Source of the DNA: Octopus bimaculoides
Lineage: Eukaryota
Assembly (NCBI RefSeq): GCF_001194135.2
Contig: NC_068984.1
Coordinates: 129,420,967-129,484,966, forward strand
Reading direction: 5' to 3'
Length of the DNA: 64,000 nucleotides
This document shows, in pieces, positions 53,878-64,000 of this stretch (within the stretch, counting starts at the first letter, position 1; every line of letters starts with the position of its first letter). The translations under genes and the position numbers were made by a program. The notes beneath the pieces were generated by a model. It saw nothing but the letters and a program-made list of their open reading frames with translations, was not told the origin of the DNA and did not search any database.

Positions 53878-54182
53878 CTGAGATAGAAATTTTAGTTAAG
53901 AATACAAGAAGCTTCTGTTGATTCATTCATTCAATGTGTAATTTTTCCATGCTTGCATGGCTTGAATAGAAATTGATTTCGAAGCAGGATTTTACAGATG
54001 AGTGCTTTTCCTATCACTAACCCTTACCTGTTTTTTAAGTAAATGATTTCCAAGTAAATATTTTTCATTCCAGAGCTCTTTGAAAGCATAGAGTGATCAA
54101 TCACAATGTCAAGAAATGTTAACATCAAATAGTAACAAGGAAATTACGAATATGAATATTCATGCAAATTTACACTGAGGCG

Positions 54183-54670
54183 TAGGAGTGGCTGTGTGGT
54201 AAGTAGCTTGCTTACGAACCACATGGTTCCAGGTTCAGTCCCACTGCATGGCACCTCGGGCAAGTGTCTACTACTATAGCTTCGGGCCGACCAAAGCCTT
54301 GTGAGAGGATTTAGTAGACGGAAACTGAAAAGAAGCCCGTCGTGTATATGTATATATATATANNNNNNNNNNNNNNNNNNNNNNNNNNNNNNNNNNNNNN
54401 NNNNNNNNNNNNNNNNNNNNNNNNNNNNNNNNNNNNNNNNNNNNNNNNNNNNNNNNNNNNNNNNNNNNNNNNNNNNNTGTCCCCCCCAACATCGCTTGAC
54501 AACCGATGCTGGTGTGTTTATGTCCCCGTAACTTAGTGGTTCGGCAAAAGGGACTGATAGAAGTACTAGGCTTACAAAGAATAAGTCCTGGGGTCGATGA
54601 GTTCGACTAAAAGGCGGTGCTCCAGCATGGCCACAGTCAAATGACTGAAACAAGTAAAAGAGTAAAAGAG
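54183..54670 (+). mobile_element. SINE family A (full length, gap inside)
   Basis: Canonical head and tail. Confidence 0.9.
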
Positions 54671-55886
54671 TATACACTGGCACTCTGTTGGTTACAACAA
54701 CAGGGGTTGCAGTTAATCCAAGCAATGGAACAGTCAGCTTGGAAAGTTGATGTGCAAGTGGCTGAGCACTTACAAATGCAAGTAGTCTTAATGTAGTTCT
54801 GAGAGAGTCAGCATGATATAGAATGTGACAATGCTGGCCTTTTGAAATACAAGTACAACTCATTTTTGCCAGTTGAGTGGACCAGAGCAATGTGAAATAA
54901 AGTATCTTGCTCAAGGACACAACATGCTACCAGGTATCAAAATCACAACTCTACGATCATGAGCCAAATACCTTAACTACTTGGCCACATCCCCTTCACA
55001 AATACACACATATACAGTTTACATCAACCAAATTCACTCATAAGACAACAGTAGAAGCCACTTGCCCAAGGTGCTGTGCAGTGGGATTGAACCTGAAACA
55101 ATGTTGCTGCAAAACAAACTTCTTAACTACACAGCCATACTTTAACTACAAAAAGGATACAGAGATCGTTTAACGTCCGTTTTCCATGCTAGCAAGGGTT
55201 GGACGATTTGACTGAGGACTGGTGAACCAGATGGCTACACCAGGCTCCAATCTGATTTGGCAGAGTTTCTACAGCTGGATGCCCTTCCTAACGCCAACCA
55301 CTCAGAGAGTGTAGTGGGTGCTTTTACGTGCCACCAGCACGAATGCCAGATTATTCTAGAAGGCAGCAATTGTCTTTTTTATATCTTTTGTGATGTAACA
55401 TTTTCAGTGCTTTGTAACAATTTACTGTGCCTTTTTAAAAATTGTATTATACGTCTAGTAGCACCTTTTTAAAAATTATATTATATATCGAAGAAAAAAA
55501 AACAAGTACTAAAGTTGTTTTAAAACAGAGATGGGTGCACACACATCATTTTACCACAAAGGAATAAACATGCACCAGTTATCATCATTTAACGTTCATT
55601 TTCCATGCTGGCATGGGTTGGCCTGTTTGACAGGAACTGGTAAGCCAGAAGACTGCATCAAGCTCCAATGTTCGCATTGGCATGGTTTCTACATTTGGAT
55701 GCCCTTCCAAACACCAGCTACTTTAAAACAGATACATGTTAGCATCGGCAATGCCATCTTGCTGTAAAACAATGCCTCAATAACATATTTATCTAACCCA
55801 TGCTAGCACGTAAAAAGCAAGCATAAAACAAATGATCAACAAATAAATACACAAACACATACAAACATGTACTAATATGTACATAC

Positions 55887-55982
55887 CTTATAACGGCCAT
55901 CTAAGATGTTCTGACACTCACGAGAATCAAGGTATTCTTGGTAAACATCTCGTTGTTCTTCTGTAAGTTTGCAGAACAGTAC
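55887..55982 (-). CDS. ERCC6: ERCC6/CSB exon (VLFCKLTEEQRDVYQEYLDS...)
   Basis: 96 nt, phase 0->0. Confidence 0.94.
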
Positions 55983-56199
55983 CTGAATAATAAGGCAGAC
56001 TCTGATAACGGTACGGAAGTGACAATCTTTTCGTGATGCTGTCAGTCAACACAGAAAATTCTATGTATTTGCACAAAGACATGTAGATTAGAATTATCTG
56101 CTCTGATATACATTATAATCAACAGAGGAGTCCTGTGTAATCCATAGGCAGAAGTAGCTGAAGCGTAGAAAGTCCAGTAGAGAATCCATAGAAGTTCAT

Positions 56200-56620
<421 letters not shown>

Positions 56621-57046
56621 TTATTATCTCATTTCTAATTAGAATACAATGGAAAAATTTACAGTTACCACTAAGCAGTCTTTCACATCTCACACTTTTT
56701 GTTTATTTCCTGAGCTGTAGTAAGAAGAAGGATCTGGTTTTGTCTTTTCCTTTGTATAGGAATTGGACATGTTGGAAAAATTAGACATATAAGACAGTTC
56801 TGGCTAAATAACACTAAAGAAATATTATTTATGTGTGCTAAACTGAATGAGATACATGGAGATGGGTATGTAACCTACGAGCAAAGCACAGAGTATGGAT
56901 TGGACTTCTAACTATGTGTTCAATAATTTGAATAACTTAACCTAACCAGGCAAGCATTGTGCTTCCCTTAAAAGCAGACATAAATGCCTGATTAATCTCT
57001 TAAAGAGATTTTACAATGAATGAACAGCTCAGTATTACCCTGTTTA

Positions 57047-57654
57047 TTAACCCTTTGCTTGTCCAATGTATAACATGTGATACACAGCATGTTTCCGTGG
57101 CATTCATGCATCACATATGATAAAAAAAAAAAAAAGAGTAAAGGCCCCTTTGGTCATGAATGACCATGGGATTGCACCTAGAAAGTTTCCCTTCTGAGGT
57201 GCAAATCCAGGCAAGGTTGTTTGTGGAAGACCAGCAGTCGCCCATGCATACCAGTCTCCTCTCTCCATGTCACCAATGTTATTCAAGGGAAAGGCAAAGA
57301 CTGAAACAGCTTGGCACCAGTGACGACGTTGCAACTCATTTCTACAGCTGAGTGAACTGGAGCAATGTGCAATAAAGTGTCTTGCTCAAGAACGCAACAC
57401 ATAGCCTGGTACAGGAATTGAACTCACTACCTCATGATTGCGAGCCCAATGCTTTAACCACTGAGCCATGCACCTTCACTCACATATAATACACATTCCC
57501 AATTTTTTTCAATCATTAGACTAAGTTAGGACTTATAAAAGGAAATCTTAACAATACTCAGAATGGATGAAACAAGATTTAACTAAAAGTCTGAAAACAG
57601 GCATGGATGTTTAGGATAAACTTACAAAAATGTTTTGGACAGGCAAAGGGTTAA
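57047..57654. mobile_element. Non-autonomous piggyBac-type element (TTAA TSD, 16-bp TIR) carrying a nested SINE
   Basis: TTAA-CCCTTTGCTTGTCCAA ... TTGGACAGGCAAAGGG-TTAA (15/16 match). Confidence 0.75.
57138..57478 (-). mobile_element. tRNA-derived SINE family D
   Basis: Minus-strand head GTGAAGGTGCATGGCTCAGTGGTTAAAGC...GAGTTCAATTCC (A/B-box-like). Confidence 0.75.
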
Positions 57655-57764
57655 GTATTTTAATAACATAATAATACTATTTTATTTACATATTCATTTA
57701 CATATGAAGTTTTTTTTTAAGATGGTGTATAATACTATGATTAAACAAATATGTTAAAACTTAC

Positions 57765-57941
57765 TTGTACTTCTGTTGCATTAGAATATCCACCTTGAAC
57801 AATAGGGACAGAGAAATGCTGCATGAAATCTGGGAGGGTCCCAAGCTTTCCAGGGAACACAAAATCAAACAGAGACCATAGTTCTTTCAAGTTATTTTGA
57901 ATTGGTGACCCAGACAAGATTATGCGGTGAGGTGTACGAAT
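57765..57941 (-). CDS. ERCC6: ERCC6/CSB exon (motif III: [26 protein letters not shown])
   Basis: 177 nt, phase 0->0. Confidence 0.96.
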
Positions 57942-58053
57942 CTTGGAGAACAAAGAAAAATTAACATTAAACAAAAAAAAAAGTGCACAGAACATAAGTA
58001 ATTAAATCCTAATAAAATTTACAATAACGTCCAAAGTGATAAAATGATATACA

Positions 58054-58266
58054 CTCTTTTTACTCTCTTTTCCTTGTTTTAGTCATTTGACTGTGGCCAT
58101 GCTGGAGCACTGCCTTTAGTCGAGCAAATCGACCCCAGGACTTATTCTTTGTAAGCCTAGTACTTATTCTATTGGTCTCTTTTGCCAAACCGCTAAGTTA
58201 CGGGGACATAAACACACCACCATCGGTTGTCAAGTGATGCTGGGGGACAAACACAGACACACAAAC

Positions 58267-58314
<48 letters not shown>

Positions 58315-58600
58315 NNNNNNNNNNNNNNNNNNNNNNNNNNNNNNNNNNNNNNNNNNNNNNNNNNNNNNNNNNNNNNNNNNNNNNNNNNNNNNNNNNNNNN
58401 NNNNNNNNNNNNNNNNNNNNNNNNNNNNNNNNNNNNNNNNNNNNNNNNNNNNNNNNNNNNNNNNNNNNNNNNNNNNNNNNNNNNNNNNNNNNNNNNNNNN
58501 GGTTATAGTAGAAGACACTTGCCCAAGGTGCCACTCAGTGGGAATGAACCAGGAACCATGTGGTTGGTAAGCAAGCTACTTACCACACAGCCACTCCTGC
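58054..58600 (-). mobile_element. SINE family A (full length, gap inside), inverted relative to 54183-54670
   Basis: Reverse complement of the canonical head and tail. Confidence 0.9.
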
Positions 58601-58650
58601 CACTTCATATGCAAACATCTCTAAAATTAAATTTAGTTCTTTATAGTCAA

Positions 58651-58675
58651 GGGTTAGGGTTAGGGTTAGGGTTAG
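58651..58675 (+). repeat. Interstitial telomeric repeat (GGGTTA)4
   Basis: gggttagggttagggttagggttag, read directly. Confidence 0.9.
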
Positions 58676-59686
58676 TTCTTGTGCAAATATCCAAATGAGC
58701 AGGATCATCCGGCAGAGGGGAATTGAACTCTAAGATGTATATCATCAACAGTTTTACATCCATCTTTAGGATAAATTACAGAAGTCTGCAATACAACATT
58801 AGTGGTGTTTTTAATTATATTTCATTTCATGAAGATCGAACAAAGGTTTTTTTTAAGCCTAGTAATCCTTCATATTGCTAAACGATGAGACAGACTGACA
58901 AGCTCTATATATTTTGACACCAATATTAAAGAAAATACATCTTCAGACTTAGTAGTTGGATCATTTCTATTCTCATTTTGGTTTAATTTTGTTCTTTTGA
59001 AATCTTAAGAAGCACCTTATCTTAATTCTGTGAAAATTGAGATATAAAAGGAAGAAAGAGAAAGCAAGATACAAACAGAGTACCTGGGTGTTGTTAAAAT
59101 CATTATAATAGAGAACGAAGCAGTAACTCATATGTTACTAGCATACACTTAAGTTTATCAACCAAGCTGAGAAAAAAACTTGATAAGAAGTAAGTATGCA
59201 ACACCTGGGTTTTGCAAGATGGCAAATTGACAACTGAAAAGCCAATGCTTAGAAACAGCATCATGTCATTAGTGTTGTGTTATGATGCACGAGTTACTTA
59301 ACTTACAAATATAACAGTCCATTTAGCTGTAAATTATCACCTGTGTAAATAAAACCATTGTATGCAGTAGCAGTAGAAAATAAGTGACAGATATTTAGCT
59401 AGTTTGCAGTGCTAAGTTCAGATCATACCAGAAGACTAGTCTTGAAGTGTGGTCTCGCTCAAGAGATATTAGATAACATCAGATGAAAACAAAACTTTCA
59501 GTGGTGCCTCAATGAATTGAGAATAGAAATGATCCAACTACTAAGTCTGAAAATGTATTTTCTTTAATATTGGTGTCAAAATATGTAGAGCTAGTTACCA
59601 ATGCTACTGAGACCAAAAAGCTGCTTAGAAAAAGCGAAATAAAAATTTAATAAAATGATGATGATTAATGAATTACCATGACTTAC

Positions 59687-59857
59687 CATTTTACATGCAA
59701 GAGTAGCTTGAGCATCAGGATTTCGGATCTTGTGACCTTCATCTAAAATCACATAATGCCATTTGTGTTTGATAACGATGTCTTTATGAGCAACAAGATT
59801 ATTGTATGAAGTTATTAGGATACCACAGCAGTTGTTGATGCTGTAAACAAGTTTTTC
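59687..59857 (-). CDS. ERCC6: ERCC6/CSB exon (motif II: WHYVILDEGHKIRNPDA)
   Basis: 171 nt, phase 0->0. Confidence 0.96.
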
Positions 59858-60399
59858 CTGATTAAGAAAAAAAGAAAAATTGAGACAAAGATAGAGAACA
59901 TGTTCAAAGTAAAGAAAATTTCATTACAGAATATAATTAGAAATGTTCACGATCTCATCACCATGAAAATCATCGTTGTTTAAACATACACTTCTTCATG
60001 CTTGCATGGGTCGGGTGGAATTTGTTGAGACAGATTTTTTACAGCCAGATGCTGTTTGTCACCAACCCTCAAGTGTTTCAAAGGTCATTTTTTTTTTCTC
60101 CATGGCTGAACATGTTTCCACAGAAGCTTGGAAATGAAGGACACCACTTGTGTAGCAGTGACACTCATTTACAACAATCACACGATATTAAGACAGGGAT
60201 ACATCAACTCACACNNNNNNNNNNNNNNNNNNNNNNNNNNNNNNNNNNNNNNNNNNNNNNNNNNNNNNNNNNNNNNNNNNNNNNNNNNNNNNNNNNNNNN
60301 NNNNNNNNNNNNNNNNNNNNNNNNNNNNNNNNNNNNNNNNNNNNNNNNNNNNNNNNNNNNNNNNNNNNNNNNNNNNNNNNNNNNNNNNNNNNNNNNNNN

Positions 60400-60447
<48 letters not shown>

Positions 60448-60807
60448 GACAGCTTTCTTTCAGTTTCCTGAAAGTTTTTCACAAGTATCAAAAAGTTTAA
60501 CCATTTTGCTTCCAGCCTTAAAGATTTGATTCCTTATATCCAAATGTTTACATAAAGTATTTAAAGATTTAAATGATAAAAAAAATACATTGGACAATAC
60601 AAAAATCTATATCTTAATAAAGTGCAAACTTGAGAAAATGCTTAAATGCAAGTAAATGTTAAGAAAGAAGTTAGGAAAAAAAAATTGATATTAATCAACA
60701 AATGAGCAGAAGGTGAAGTGGAGACATTTGGAGAAATAAGGAATTTGAGAAGAATAAGAAAGCTTATAAAACAAACAAACGAAACATCAAATAAAAGTGT
60801 ACAGTAC

Positions 60808-60943
60808 CTCACTTCCTGTAAATGATCCAGTAGCATGAAGGACTGCCACTCGACATTGTGGCCACCAACTATGAAATTCACGAACCCACTGATACATGAC
60901 AGTTGTTGGACAGACGATTATGCAGGGACCCAGACCAACATAC
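60808..60943 (-). CDS. ERCC6: ERCC6/CSB exon (motif Ia: [20 protein letters not shown])
   Basis: 136 nt, phase 2->0. Confidence 0.96.
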
Positions 60944-61189
60944 CTTCAAATTAAATAAAGCAACAATATATATAATGAAAACATATATTTTCAAGAATTC
61001 TGATTGTAAAGCAATGCAAATAAATTATTTATCTACACTTAAATTGCTTTTTTGAATATTTCATGTAATATTGAAATTTACAGTTTCGAACAAATCTTTG
61101 CAGTAAAAGAAAAATACAAGCATAAAATAAATCTGTAAACATATGCTTGAGTATATGTCCTGCAAGTCTATATATGCCTTGCATTGAAG

Positions 61190-61400
61190 ATTCCACCACA
61201 AGGACCGTCATGTTGTTATGTGGTGGCTTGCAGGCATCAATGACCCTGTGAGTTGAACCAGCAAAGCACAAGGTCCTGCCAGGGCCTCCTATACTTGACA
61301 GGTCACAAGATTATTAAGAATCACCTCTTCCCAGATATAAAAATGAGTTTGCATAGGGCCAACTACCCTACCTAGAGAAAAACTAAGTTACAAACACATC
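61190..61400 (+). mobile_element. Possible decayed 5' end of an RTE-type LINE
   Basis: GGCTTGCAGGCATCAATGACCCTGTGAG...GGGCCAACTACCCTACC...AAAAA resembles recalled RTE/Expander 5' UTRs. Confidence 0.4.
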
Positions 61401-61665
61401 AATAACAATTGAAAACCAACAAGATCTGGGAAAAGAAAGCCTTCCCTCCTGGAAATATATGAATCTACAGGAGTGAGGGATACTGAAGCAGAGATAAAAA
61501 AGCTGCTGGGATTTAACAGGAGCAAAGTGAAAAAGACAGTCCAAGGTTAAGAACAGTGAAGAAAAGTTGTCAATGGTGCATGCCCCAAAGCGAATGAAGG
61601 ATTTAAGAATATTTTAGCATTTTGCTTGTCTTTTTTTTTTTTGTTTTTTTATGCAGTTAACTTAC

Positions 61666-61818
61666 CCCAAAGATTTATCATGCAGCTGACTGTGATGGAG
61701 AGCAGCTAAAAAGCTAATTGTTTGTATTGTCTTTCCTAAACCCATCTCATCACCAACAATTCCGCCAGCTTGTTGGCAGTGCAACTCCCATAGCCAACGA
61801 ACTCCAGTCTTTTGATAC
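61666..61818 (-). CDS. ERCC6: ERCC6/CSB exon (motif I: [32 protein letters not shown])
   Basis: 153 nt, phase 2->2. Confidence 0.97.
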
Positions 61819-62769
61819 CTTCAACAAATAAAAGAAATCTCATTGAAACAATATACAATCAAATTTAGCTTCCATTAAAAAAATATGTACAACTTTATCA
61901 TCATCATTTAACATCCACTTTTCTAAACTTGTAAGGGTCAGACAGAATTGGTTGAAGCAGATTTTTCTATAGCCAGATGCTCTTTGTATCATTGCTAGGT
62001 TCCAAGCTGGGCAATATTTCCCAATGGCCAGACAATTTTCATGGAAGACCTAAAATGAACACCATTGCTTGTGTGACAGTAAAGCTCATCTACAATCATC
62101 ACATGACATCAAGACAAGGGTACACACACACAGACACACACACACACATATGATGGGCTTCTTTTAGTTTCCATCTCCCAAATCGACAAGGCTTTGGCTT
62201 TGGAGAGTTTTTCTCTAGTTTGGATATTTAATCCCTACTATATGTGAGGTAAGTATATTCACTTCCATACATGTGCATTTGAGACATAGGAACTGAGTTA
62301 ACTGATTTCTGATTGTGGGGTGCTTTCTGGAATTCTCTACATTTCATATGGCATTAATACATACATTTTATTTTACTGCCATGTTGTCTGCGATGAGTCT
62401 AAGCTTAATTATTCTGTAACATACCCTCAATATCCTCAAAAACAATGAAGGTGCTGGAAAATCAAGCATGTATTCATGAGTTCAAATCTTATGATGGTCA
62501 TTGTGTCCCTGATCAAAGAACATAGTTGCTTGCTCAAATTTGCCTAATGGTTGAGTACTTAATGGTAGAAATGGTATCTAACAGTAGAAACAAATGCATC
62601 AACAAATAAACAATTTTGCCAATACAAGTATGAAAAGAGATGTTAAATAATAGAAAAAAATTACAAAAATTATATAAAATTACTGGACGTAACAATTTCC
62701 CATAAAAGTACAAAGCCAGAAATTTGGTGGGAGAGATATAGTTGATTATATCAACCCTCGTACCTGACA

Positions 62770-62970
62770 GGAGGCACAATGGCCCAGTGGTTAGGGCAGC
62801 GGACTCGCGGTCGGAGGATCGCGGTTTCGATTCCCAGACCGGGCGTTGTGTGTGTTTATTGAGCGAAATACCTAAGCTCCACGAGGCTCCAGCATGAGGT
62901 GGTGGCGACCCCTGTTGTACTCTTTCGCCCCAACTTTCTCTCACTCTTTCTTCCTCTTTCCTGAGTAATG
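62770..62970 (+). mobile_element. SINE family C 5' part (runs into gap)
   Basis: Matches the 24903 copy. Confidence 0.85.
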
Positions 62971-63450
62971 NNNNNNNNNNNNNNNNNNNNNNNNNNNNNN
63001 NNNNNNNNNNNNNNNNNNNNNNNNNNNNNNNNNNNNNNNNNNNNNNNNNNNNNNNNNNNNNNNNNNNNNNNNNNNNNNNNNNNNNNNNNNNNNNNNNNNN
63101 NNNNNNNNNNNNNNNNNNNNNNNNNNNNNNNNNNNNNNNNNNNNNNNNNNNNNNNNNNNNNGGGGGGGGGGGGACACATACGCCATAGAAACCGGGAAAC
63201 CGGGCCCATGAGCCTGGCTAGGCTTTGAAAGGGCGAAAAAAAAAGTACCTGACTAGTACTTTATTTTGTTAATTCTGGAAGGATGAGAGAGGAACTTAAT
63301 ATTGACAAGATTTGAATTCAGACTGTAAAGAGCTAGAACAAATACAGCAATGAATTTTGTCTAAGGCTCTAATGAATATTAGCTATATGAAAAAATTAAA
63401 AAATAGTAAAAAGGAAATGTCAAACAGTGTAAAAGAAAAAGAAATCTCAC

Positions 63451-63588
63451 TTATAAAGCTGCTTCCAGGTTTTCTTTGGTACTTTTAATCCACCATCAAA
63501 TTCTGCATCAGAATAACCTTCTTCATCAGAATCTGATTCCTCAACGTCACCATTAACTTTCTCAAATATTTTCCTTGCATTATATTGT
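63451..63588 (-). CDS. ERCC6: ERCC6/CSB exon (…EEGYSDAEFDGGLKVPKKTWKQLYK); upstream exons lie beyond the window
   Basis: 138 nt, phase 2->2; matches CSB [20 protein letters not shown]. Confidence 0.92.
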
Positions 63589-63633
63589 CTGGAATTATCG
63601 AAAAAAAAGTATGTTGGAACAGAATGAGTATCT

Positions 63634-63920
63634 CATTATTATTATTATTTCATATATGCACAACAGGTTAAACTGTTGGAAAAACAAAAATTCCTAACAT
63701 CAGGCTACAACAAATAACCTTAGAGGTCAAGAACCTTCCTAAGTATCCTAGCTGTCCCTAATAACACTGTTTTCCGAAGCTGCACTAAACTAGGTTTTAT
63801 GCCTATTTCCTCTATTCATCTGTTCAAATCATTAGGGATAATTCCTAATGCACATATAACAACAGGGATACATTTCACCCACATTTTCTGTAGCCTCTGT
63901 AACTCAATAGTTAGGTCATC
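63634..63920 (-). mobile_element. 5'-truncated R4/Dong-like non-LTR retrotransposon 3' end with (TAA)n tail
   Basis: DDLTIELQRLQKMWVKCIPVVICALGIIPNDLNR*IEEIGIKPSLVQLRKTVLLGTARILRKVLDL* (63920-63720) carries the PV..GALG and LQKT.LLGTA.ILRKVL C-terminal signature; tail aaataataataataat. Confidence 0.75.

Positions 63921-63983
<63 letters not shown>
63921..63983. repeat. (AAT)n microsatellite
   Basis: Read directly. Confidence 0.95.
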
Positions 63984-63986
<3 letters not shown>

Positions 63987-64000
63987 GAAATGGAAAAACT

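Overview
Eukaryotic, AT-rich, repeat-dense genomic DNA with many N gaps. The tRNA-derived SINE families, RTE-type LINE tails and microsatellite load point to an octopus (Octopus sp.; inference from repeat content). Two protein-coding genes were reconstructed by hand, both on the minus strand. (1) The 3' 15 coding exons of ERCC6/CSB (63588->44110, 2962 nt). The frame stays open through all GT-AG junctions, covering the SNF2 ATPase motifs I-VI and the C-terminal winged-helix ubiquitin-binding domain; the 5' exons lie beyond the right edge. (2) The first three coding exons of an aralar/citrin-type Ca2+-binding mitochondrial aspartate-glutamate carrier (SLC25A12/13): ATG at 30384, then a ~28-kb second intron, with the gene continuing off the left edge. 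The remainder is intronic or intergenic transposon debris: mariner, hAT, TTAA-flanked piggyBac-type MITEs, RTE, CR1-like, HERO/NeSL-like and R4/Dong-like LINE fragments, a Gypsy relic, and several SINE families. I found no CRISPR array, rRNA, true tRNA gene or intact transposase. I cannot demonstrate a new biological system. The best leads are a foldback element with a head-to-head telomeric core, inverted SINE pairs that could make dsRNA (ADAR/circRNA candidates), an extra N-terminal aralar exon, piggyBac-type and Dong-type relics inside ERCC6 introns, and several short local templated duplications.
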